Shown in pieces: positions 9,398-16,814 of a stretch of DNA of 64,000 nt. Position numbers and translations under genes: made by a program. The stretch spans positions 4,068 to 68,067 of the forward strand of contig JAJDAY010000030.1 of the NCBI GenBank assembly GCA_029261655.1, read 5' to 3'. A model generated the notes under the pieces. The model saw only the letters and a program-made list of their open reading frames with translations, was not told the origin of the DNA and made no database searches. Origin of the DNA: Nitrospinaceae bacterium. GTDB lineage: Bacteria; Nitrospinota; Nitrospinia; Nitrospinales; VA-1. Each line of letters opens with the position of its first letter. Within the stretch, counting starts at the first letter, position 1.

Positions 9398-9646
9398 ATG
9401 GCAACCAAGAAAAAAGCAGCAAAGAAAAAAGTAGCAAAAAGAAAAGTAGCTAAGAAAAAAGTAACGAAGAAAAAAGTGGCTAAGAGAAAACCAGCAAAGA
9501 AAAAAGTGGCTAAGAAAAAAGTAGCCAAGAAAAAAACAGCAAAGAAAAAAGTGGCTAAGAAAAAAGTAGCCAAGAAAAAAACAGCAAAAAGAAAAGTAGC
9601 AAAAAAGAAAACCAAGGCGAAAGCAAAAAAAAGAGCACGCAAATAA
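9398..9646 (+). CDS. Histone H1-like lysine-rich nucleoid protein (HC2/AlgP-tail type)
   Basis: RBS AAGGAG then ATG 9398. 82 aa of K(K/R)K(V/T/P)A pentapeptide repeats with no acidic residues. Confidence 0.85.
   Translation: MATKKKAAKKKVAKRKVAKKKVTKKKVAKRKPAKKKVAKKKVAKKKTAKKKVAKKKVAKKKTAKRKVAKKKTKAKAKKRARK
9492..9588 (+). repeat. Perfect 45-bp tandem duplication within the 15-bp repeat array of the histone-like gene
   Basis: cagcaaagaaaaaagtggctaagaaaaaagtagccaagaaaaaaa occurs at 9492-9536 and 9537-9581, with a partial third copy. Confidence 0.85.
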
Positions 9647-9741
9647 CCGAAAGTTTTCTGTTCAATCACTTAAATTTTAGTAACCAATCACAATCCCGAA
9701 AATTGGTTTTTTTTGTTTCAGCGCTCAAAAAACCTTTACCT

Positions 9742-10968
9742 TCAATGTGTTTCTTTTCCTCCCTCTGAAATAATCAAATAGATCCCTTTCAAATATTCAG
9801 CCTCTTTAAATGTGACCGGATGGTCCATCGCATGGCCTGTTTTGTCGGTTTCCTTATAATATTTTCCAGCCGATCGTATTCCTGAAAACACTGCGCGGAA
9901 AAACTCTTCTGCCGATACCTGTCTTGAACAGGATGCCGCAAAAAGGAGTCCGCCTGGGCGTGTCAGTTTCGCTCCAGATTCGGCCAGCCTCTGGTAAGTT
10001 GCAAGTGCCTTTGCCTTTTGTTTCTTTTTTACCGCAAAAGCCGGGGGATCGAGAATGACAATATCAAAGGAAGCTTTTCGATCCCGCAATTGTCTTAAAG
10101 CGTGGAAGGCGTCTCCTTCGATCTGTTGAAATTCGTTTTGCCCCGGTTTAATTGCGGGAAAATTCAATGAAAGATTGTCCCGCGAAGTTTTAAGAGCAAG
10201 CGGGCTGGAATCGATTTCCAATACGGATTGGCATTTACCTGCCAACGCATACACGGAAAATCCGCCCGTGTAGCTGAAAACATTCAAGACGGATTTATCC
10301 CTGGCCAGTGGTCGAATGCGCTGCCGATTTTCCCTTTGATCTAAAAAAAATCCCGTTTTTTGTCCCTCCAATACATCGACCTCGAAGAACAATCCATTCT
10401 CTCTGAAACATACAGCGGAATTGAGCCGGGGACCGAACAGGATCTGGCCTTCTCTAAAAGAACTGATCTTCTCGATAGCCGTCCGGCAGTTTCTGCTGAG
10501 CCGCAGGACGCATCGCTGGACAGGCAGAGTGCTCGCCAGCGAATCAAGAAAGTCGGCAAGGTAGGGAACCCACGCCGCCGTGTATAATTTTAATACAGCG
10601 GTGTCCTCATATCGGTCGAGAACCATTCCTGGAAAGCCGTCATTTTCACCATTGAGGACGCGGTAGCCGCTGGTTCCCTGATTATCCAGCGAACTTCTAA
10701 GCGTCAGGGCCTTTTGCAGTCGGTCTTCAAAAAACCGGGCGTCGATATTTAGAGGCGTTCCCCATTGCAGGATTCGCAACCGAATATCTGAAAATGGATC
10801 ATAAAATCCGATGGCCAGAAACTTGTTTTTAGAAGTGTAAATAATACCGAGATCGCCCGGATTCCCCTCTTTTGGAGTTTGTCCCAGTATCTGGTAATCA
10901 AACACCCAGGGATGACCTTTTTGTATTTTTGCCTGCAATGTTTTTGAAACCTGAAACTTGATCATCAT
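9742..10968 (-). CDS. RlmI-like class I SAM-dependent rRNA methyltransferase (PUA + MTase)
   Basis: Motifs GHPWVF, NGENDGFPG..LDRY, GQKTGFFLDQRENR, VLNVFSYTGGFS, ILDPPAF, ASCS and EAEYLK. Confidence 0.9.
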   Translation of the reverse strand: MMIKFQVSKTLQAKIQKGHPWVFDYQILGQTPKEGNPGDLGIIYTSKNKFLAIGFYDPFSDIRLRILQWGTPLNIDARFFEDRLQKALTLRSSLDNQGTSGYRVLNGENDGFPGMVLDRYEDTAVLKLYTAAWVPYLADFLDSLASTLPVQRCVLRLSRNCRTAIEKISSFREGQILFGPRLNSAVCFRENGLFFEVDVLEGQKTGFFLDQRENRQRIRPLARDKSVLNVFSYTGGFSVYALAGKCQSVLEIDSSPLALKTSRDNLSLNFPAIKPGQNEFQQIEGDAFHALRQLRDRKASFDIVILDPPAFAVKKKQKAKALATYQRLAESGAKLTRPGGLLFAASCSRQVSAEEFFRAVFSGIRSAGKYYKETDKTGHAMDHPVTFKEAEYLKGIYLIISEGGKETH

Positions 10969-11037
10969 CGGCTGTCTTCAATATCCGGGTGGGAGAAAAG
11001 AAATGTGAACTGAAGATGCCTTGTTTCTACAGAAAAA

Positions 11038-11763
11038 TCAACTGAGCCTGGGGATGCGGACATGGGTCATGCTGTTTAAGATCCTGGCATGCCGGTTCAC
11101 CACATGGTTTTGCGGGCGGCGAATGGACCACCGTCTGGGGCTGGGCAGGATAGCGGCCAGCCAGGCCGCCTCAACGGGAGAAAGGGTGGTGACCGAACGG
11201 TTGAAATAATAGCGGGATGCGGCTTCACAGCCATAGACTCCTTTGCCCCACTCGATGACGTTTAAATAAACTTCGAGAATCCGTTTTTTTGACCAGAGGT
11301 TTTCAATCAGAACGGTGAAATAGGATTCCAGGCCTTTTCTCAAAAAATTACGCCCCTGCCAAAGAAACACATTGCGCGAAGTTTGCATGGATATGGTACT
11401 GGCGCCGATGGTTCGTTTGGAGGTGAGGTTGACTTTGATGGCGGATTCAATCGCCTGCCAGTCGAATCCGTTGTGCTGGAAAAACTTTTGATCCTCGGCG
11501 GTGATGACGGCTTTAATCAGGTGGGGGGAAATGCGCTCTACGGGGACCCAGTTTTTTATAACTCGGGTGTAACGGTCACTCTTGTCATTTTCTGCCCAGC
11601 GAATCCATAAAAGGGGCGTGGTAGAGGGGTTCGTCACGGCGTAAATGAGGACGGGAACCACCGTGAGGGCCAGAAAAGCTAAACACACATCGAATAGGAT
11701 TTTGCCCAGCCGAACGCGGATGGTTTTCCTCTGGGCTTTGGGGGTTTTTTTAACAAACGACAT
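11038..11763 (-). CDS. mtgA: Monofunctional peptidoglycan transglycosylase
   Basis: Motifs AEDQKFFQH.GFD, GASTISMQ..RNVFLW, RKGLE and KRILEVYLN.IEWG.GVYG. Confidence 0.95.
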   Translation of the reverse strand: MSFVKKTPKAQRKTIRVRLGKILFDVCLAFLALTVVPVLIYAVTNPSTTPLLWIRWAENDKSDRYTRVIKNWVPVERISPHLIKAVITAEDQKFFQHNGFDWQAIESAIKVNLTSKRTIGASTISMQTSRNVFLWQGRNFLRKGLESYFTVLIENLWSKKRILEVYLNVIEWGKGVYGCEAASRYYFNRSVTTLSPVEAAWLAAILPSPRRWSIRRPQNHVVNRHARILNSMTHVRIPRLS

Positions 11764-11831
11764 TATAAAGATGTGTCCAGAGCCTGCGCCTTTCAGAGTG
11801 AAGAGAAAGACACGGTGAGGCTTATGGCAGG

Positions 11832-13019
11832 TCAGCTATTTTGCAAAACCGAATCGTAAAGATTCACCTTCTTTTGAAAGAGTTCCCGTTCTTCGAGGGC
11901 CACCGTATTATAATAAGATTTGATGTGCTTAAAGTTGAAAGGATTATATACAATTTTTTTCTGGTCGCGACTTTTAATTTCGTAATGCAAGTGCGGGGCG
12001 AAGGTCCTTCCGGTATTTCCCGTTTCCGCGATTTTATCCCCCTGCTTCACATACTGCCCCGGTTTTACCAACACCCGGCTCAGATGCAGGTACAGGGTTT
12101 TAACCCCTTCTCTGGGATGGTCCAGTTCCACGCAATACCCATTGGTACGGACGTTCCAGTTCGTGCGCAGAACTTTCGCCTCGAAACTGGCATGAACCGG
12201 AGTGCCGATGGGGGTTTTGAAATCGGTGCCTTTATGTCCCACCGGGCCTTTTCTGAAATCTCCAGGAAGGGAAGTGATCTCCTGATAGTTTTTTACCGGG
12301 GCAAACTTATCAACCACTCTTTTGGCAATTTCCCGGCCCTCAGCGTCGAAATAAGAACCCCATTTCGTATTCTCGCCATTGAAGTAATTTGCCTCATACA
12401 CTTCATTAAATAGTTGACTGTTGTACACTACTTTTAATATCCGAAACCGGGTTTTTCCGGGAACCATTTCATAGGCGATATCAAGGGAATCGCCCTTTCT
12501 CATGCTCTTATTGATATCAAATTTCCAGGAGAGCAATCGGCTCAAATAGGCGGACATCGTCAGGCATCCCTGCTCTTTGGTCATGGCGCGGCAGACGCTG
12601 TGAGTCAGGGAATTGCGAATTTTTAAATGCAGGGTCAACAATTCCTCGCCATTTTCAGCTGAGGGAACCGTATAGGAAACCGGGGTGGCCTGCAATTGGG
12701 AAGAAACGTCCTCGGTTATTTTTTCTGAATCTGTCTCAGTCGACGTGGCCTCGGAAATGGCGGTCACGGCCTGAACGGGCGTATCCTCCTGACCAGGGCT
12801 TTGGACGCTGTCGGTTTCCTGGGAAATTTCCGTCGCCTCGGCCTCCGCGACCTCGATGCTCCAGTTTTCAGGAGCCAGAGTCAGGTCGGGATTGAGCGGG
12901 GATTGCAGTAAATAGACATTGAGGCTCAAGGAAGCAATGAGAAGGAAATTGAATAGAACTTTTCCTTTAGACCGTTTTTTCGGGGACAGCTTGTCTTGCA
13001 GATAAGGCGGAATGGCCAT
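11832..13019 (-). CDS. M23 family metallopeptidase (MepM-like)
   Basis: N-terminal anchor, then HKGTDF, YLHLS and GNTGRT.APHLHYE. Confidence 0.9.
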   Translation of the reverse strand: MAIPPYLQDKLSPKKRSKGKVLFNFLLIASLSLNVYLLQSPLNPDLTLAPENWSIEVAEAEATEISQETDSVQSPGQEDTPVQAVTAISEATSTETDSEKITEDVSSQLQATPVSYTVPSAENGEELLTLHLKIRNSLTHSVCRAMTKEQGCLTMSAYLSRLLSWKFDINKSMRKGDSLDIAYEMVPGKTRFRILKVVYNSQLFNEVYEANYFNGENTKWGSYFDAEGREIAKRVVDKFAPVKNYQEITSLPGDFRKGPVGHKGTDFKTPIGTPVHASFEAKVLRTNWNVRTNGYCVELDHPREGVKTLYLHLSRVLVKPGQYVKQGDKIAETGNTGRTFAPHLHYEIKSRDQKKIVYNPFNFKHIKSYYNTVALEERELFQKKVNLYDSVLQNS

Positions 13020-13131
13020 TTTTTTGTCCTTTTCCTTGTTCAGTTCCGGTTTTCATACTAATATCCTATCCACTCATTATTGCAGATTCAGCCCGTCAGC
13101 ACAACCCGTTCTTTTTGATTTTGTGGGAGTT

Positions 13132-14226
13132 ATGATGATTTTTGAGCCGGAAACCATTTACGTCGAAGAGGGTGCGGAAGATTATCTTCTCACCCGGAAC
13201 GTCCTTTCGCGTTTTTCAAAAATTCCTGTGCGCTCGGTCAGGGAGAGCGTTTCTGTGACCGAGGAAATCAAGGCAACCTCCCTCGACGTGTTCGGAGCGG
13301 GTAAAAAACAATTGGTGCTCTCGCGGTTCAAAGGCTCCTTCCTCAAGAAATGTCCCGGCATCAGTCCGGGCATGGTGTGTTGCAACTATTATGTCGTCAA
13401 TCTCATGAAGAATTGTGTGTACGATTGCTCTTACTGCTTTCTGCAGGGGTTTCTCGAAAACAATCCGCTGATGGTGGCTTATGTCAATGTTGAGGATTTG
13501 ATCGAAGAACTCACCCAGGTGTTTCAGGAGCATCCCGACAGAATGTTCCGGGTGGGTACGGGCGAGTTGACCGACAGTCTGGCTTTGGAAGATGTCGTCC
13601 CCTATTCAGATCAATTGATTCCTTTTTTCAATCAACAAAAAAACGCGGTTTTAGAGCTTAAAACCAAATCCGATACCGTGGGTCTTTTGTTAAAGCAAGA
13701 GAGTGCCGAAAATGTGATCGTTTCCTGGTCGCTGAATCCCCCTAATATTGTTGAGCATGAAGAAAAGGGGACGCCGTCGCTTCACCAACGATTGGAAGCC
13801 GCCCGCTTGTGTCAGGAAAAAGGTTATAAGGTGGGGTTTCATTTTGACCCAATCATTCTTTTTCCCGGATGGGAACGGGCCTACGAGGATCTGGTCCGGC
13901 AATTATTCGCCGTTATTCCCGTTGACCGGATCGAATGGATCAGTCTTGGAAGTTTCAGGTATCGGTCGCGCTTAAAGCAGATCATCAAAGACCGCCACGA
14001 AGACACCCGCCTGTTTACGGGAGAGCATGTGCCAAGCAAGGATGGGAAGTTTCGTTATTTGCGGTCACAGAGAAATGACGCTTATGCAACCCTGCAAAGA
14101 TACATCAAACAGTATTCCGAAGATTTGAATGTCTATCTATGCATGGAAACAAAAGAGGTGTGGGAAGGCGTGACCGGTAAAATGCCCAGAAGCGATAAAA
14201 AACTGGATCAGTTTTTCGACCTGTGA
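13132..14226 (+). CDS. Spore photoproduct lyase (SplB)-like radical SAM protein
   Basis: NCVYDCSYCFL (CxxxCxxC), GTGELTDSLA, ELKTKS, SWSLNP, HFDPI and YLCME. Likely start ATG 13132 after GGGAG. Confidence 0.85.
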   Translation: MMIFEPETIYVEEGAEDYLLTRNVLSRFSKIPVRSVRESVSVTEEIKATSLDVFGAGKKQLVLSRFKGSFLKKCPGISPGMVCCNYYVVNLMKNCVYDCSYCFLQGFLENNPLMVAYVNVEDLIEELTQVFQEHPDRMFRVGTGELTDSLALEDVVPYSDQLIPFFNQQKNAVLELKTKSDTVGLLLKQESAENVIVSWSLNPPNIVEHEEKGTPSLHQRLEAARLCQEKGYKVGFHFDPIILFPGWERAYEDLVRQLFAVIPVDRIEWISLGSFRYRSRLKQIIKDRHEDTRLFTGEHVPSKDGKFRYLRSQRNDAYATLQRYIKQYSEDLNVYLCMETKEVWEGVTGKMPRSDKKLDQFFDL

Positions 14227-14238
14227 TTGATGAAACGA

Positions 14239-15348
14239 TTAGATCCGCATGGGCATGACAATGCCCAGATAATCGGAATCGTTTTCGACCGTTATCATAC
14301 AGGAATGGTTTTGGTCTTTCAGGTTCAGGATGACTTCCTGATCTTCCGTCACATTCAGAATGTCGAGAACGTATTTCGCGTTGAGACCGATAGAAACATC
14401 CTCGCCGTCATAGACAATGGGAAACTCCTCCCTGGCGGCGCCAAAATCGGAGTTGTCTGAAATCAAAGTCAAATTTCCCTTCTGAATATCAAACCGGACC
14501 ATTTTGGATTTTTCATCCGCCAGCAGGGAAACCCGCCTGAGCGCGTGGCTGAGAATGTCCCGGTCGATTTTAATTTTCAAATTGTTGTCTTTGGGGATGA
14601 CCTGCTGGTAGTTGGGAAATTTCCCGTCAATTTTTCTGGAAACGATCACCTGGGAGCCCTTGATAAATGCGAGATGATTTCCCAGAGTGGAAAAAGAAAA
14701 AGCGGAATCGGCGTCTTCCATTAATTTCAAAAGTTCGGCAATGGCTTTCTTGGGAAGTAGAATGCTTAATTTTTCACCTTCAGGGAGCGAAGATTTTGAA
14801 AGCGGCCTGGAGATGAAAGCCAGCCGATGACCGTCGGTGGCCACCAGATTGGCTTTGCCGTTTTCATTTTCCAGCAACAAACCATTCAAAGCCTGTCGGG
14901 ATTCATCCGGCGATACGGAAAAAAATGTTTTTCGGATCATCTCCTTTAACTGGCTGCAACTGAACTCCATCAGGCTTTCCTGACTGTATTCCGGGAAAGC
15001 GGGAAAGTCCGCTGCGGGCAGTCCGGGGAGGCGAAACTTGGAATTGCCGCATTTCAGGGTCACCCAGTCATTGTCCTCCCTGATGAGATGGATCTCCAGA
15101 TCCGGGAGTTCCTTGATAATGTCAAATAATTTGCGGGCGTTGAGTGTGACCGACCCTTCGGCAATCACATTGGCGGGATAGGAGTCACGGGTTCCGATTT
15201 CGAGATCCGTTGCTTCGATGGTGATCCCTTTTTTTTCGGCGCAGATGAGCAAATGCGATAGAATCGGCATCGCACCTTTGGTTTCAACGATTCCCTGGAC
15301 TTTTTGTACGCCGTCTAAAAACGTTTCCCTGCTGATTCTAACTTCCAT
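14239..15348 (-). CDS. dnaN: DNA polymerase III beta sliding clamp
   Basis: Motifs PILSH, ATDLEI, VATDGHRLA, GKFPNYQQVIP and the C-terminal VMPMRI. Confidence 0.97.
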   Translation of the reverse strand: MEVRISRETFLDGVQKVQGIVETKGAMPILSHLLICAEKKGITIEATDLEIGTRDSYPANVIAEGSVTLNARKLFDIIKELPDLEIHLIREDNDWVTLKCGNSKFRLPGLPAADFPAFPEYSQESLMEFSCSQLKEMIRKTFFSVSPDESRQALNGLLLENENGKANLVATDGHRLAFISRPLSKSSLPEGEKLSILLPKKAIAELLKLMEDADSAFSFSTLGNHLAFIKGSQVIVSRKIDGKFPNYQQVIPKDNNLKIKIDRDILSHALRRVSLLADEKSKMVRFDIQKGNLTLISDNSDFGAAREEFPIVYDGEDVSIGLNAKYVLDILNVTEDQEVILNLKDQNHSCMITVENDSDYLGIVMPMRI

Positions 15349-15634
15349 GCTCGCCCTTTCCGAATTTCAATACTTGATATTTAGGTGAGGTCTTGAAACT
15401 TGATATCGTCGCTTATCTTCGAGATCCCACAGGAGAATATTATGGAAAAAATAAAATTTTTCGAGGTGTCCGAAAATTTTAGTATTACAATACCCCAACC
15501 CTACAAAAAGTAAAAGCCTTGATGTAAAAAGAATCGCTCCCGGATTAAAAATTTTCCCTGGGATGGATAGGAGCGATTAAAAATTTAGTCTATACTGGGG
15601 AAAGACTTATTAAAATTTTTAAGAAAAAAATATT

Positions 15635-16654
15635 ATGGTTATTGTAATGAAAGCAGACGCGACCCCGGAACAGATTCAAGCGGTGGAAAACACCATCGTT
15701 GAACTGGGCTACAAGCCGCATGAAATCATTGGCGTTGAGCGCAAGGTCATCGGTGCGATCGGCGACGAACGCGGAAAAGACCGATTGCAAATGATCGAAT
15801 CCATGGGTGGGGTGGAGTCTGTATTCCCGATATTGAAACCCTATAAACTGGCCAGCCGTGAAACCCAACCGCATGATTCGGTGATCGATGTGGACGGTAT
15901 TCCCGTCGGCGGCAAACAAATCGCCATCATGGCCGGTCCCTGCTCGGTGGAGAGCATGGATCAGATCTGCACCACCGCCCGGATGGTCAAGGAGGCCGGA
16001 GCGAACATGATGCGTGGCGGAGCCTTCAAACCGCGCACCTCGCCCTACAGTTTTCAAGGGTTGGAAGAAGAAGGTTTGAAACTCATGTGGGAGGCCAAAA
16101 AGGCAACGGGATTGCCCATCGTCACCGAGGTGATGAATCCCCGCGAAGTGGACCTGGTTGCCAAATACGCCGATGTCATGCAGGTGGGAGCCAGAAACGT
16201 GCAGAATTTTTCCCTATTGAAAGACCTTGGCAAACTCGATAAACCGATTTTGCTCAAACGCGGCATGATGACCACGATCAAGGAATTCTTAATGTCCGCC
16301 GAATATATTCTGGCCGAGGGCAACCGCAACGTCATTCTTTGCGAACGCGGCATCCGCACCTTTGAGACCGCCACCCGCAACACTCTGGATTTGAGCTGTA
16401 TCCCCGTACTCAAACTGGAAACTCATTTGCCCATCATCGTCGATCCCAGTCACGGGACCGGTTACTGGCATCTGGTGGATTCCATGTCCCGGGCCGCCAT
16501 TGCCGCAGGAGCCGATGGCTTGATGATTGAGGTCCACCCCGATCCGATTCATGCTTTTTCCGATGGCCCGCAGTCGCTGAAACCGGATAAGTTCGCCAAA
16601 CTAATCAAAACCTTAAGACCTTTCATTGAATTGATGGGGCGCACCCTCGACTGA
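15635..16654 (+). CDS. aroF: DAHP synthase type I-beta with N-terminal regulatory domain
   Basis: Motifs [44 protein letters not shown] and SDGPQSL. Confidence 0.96.
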   Translation: MVIVMKADATPEQIQAVENTIVELGYKPHEIIGVERKVIGAIGDERGKDRLQMIESMGGVESVFPILKPYKLASRETQPHDSVIDVDGIPVGGKQIAIMAGPCSVESMDQICTTARMVKEAGANMMRGGAFKPRTSPYSFQGLEEEGLKLMWEAKKATGLPIVTEVMNPREVDLVAKYADVMQVGARNVQNFSLLKDLGKLDKPILLKRGMMTTIKEFLMSAEYILAEGNRNVILCERGIRTFETATRNTLDLSCIPVLKLETHLPIIVDPSHGTGYWHLVDSMSRAAIAAGADGLMIEVHPDPIHAFSDGPQSLKPDKFAKLIKTLRPFIELMGRTLD

Positions 16655-16814
16655 GCCTGTTTACAAGCTCCCCGGCACGAAACCTGGGTTCAATCCTTTC
16701 CGGCCCGCGTCCACCGTCTTTTCTTGAATCTCGCCTGGAATGGGTTTATCCTTTGAGGATAAAGCTAAAACCGTTCCATCCTCCTGTAAAGTTTGGCCCA
16801 ATGCGGATTTCTAA

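Larger units (their letters stand above)
9342..9729 (+). repeat. Long-range inverted repeats enclosing the histone-like gene (5' UTR / 3' UTR pairing)
   Basis: 9342-9359 pairs with 9712-9729 (18 bp), 9364-9374 with 9692-9702 (11 bp) and 9381-9387 with 9675-9681 (7 bp). Each helix has one G-U pair. Confidence 0.8.

Noticed and set aside
9400-9640. Short repeat array as a possible CRISPR
   Set aside because: The 15-bp in-frame coding repeats have no unique spacers, and there are no cas genes.
9382-9669. Antisense Phe-rich ORF (FFLATFF repeats)
   Set aside because: It is the mirror of the Lys-repeat gene. The promoter and RBS support the plus strand.
9342-9729. Flanking inverted repeats as IS/MITE ends or an invertible segment
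   Set aside because: There is no transposase or evident target duplication, and the mismatches are strand-specific G-U pairs, which favours RNA structure.
13012-13131. N-terminal extension of the SPL-like ORF overlapping the M23 gene start
   Set aside because: The RBS-supported ATG at 13132 gives a typical family N-terminus. The extension is likely the divergent promoter region.
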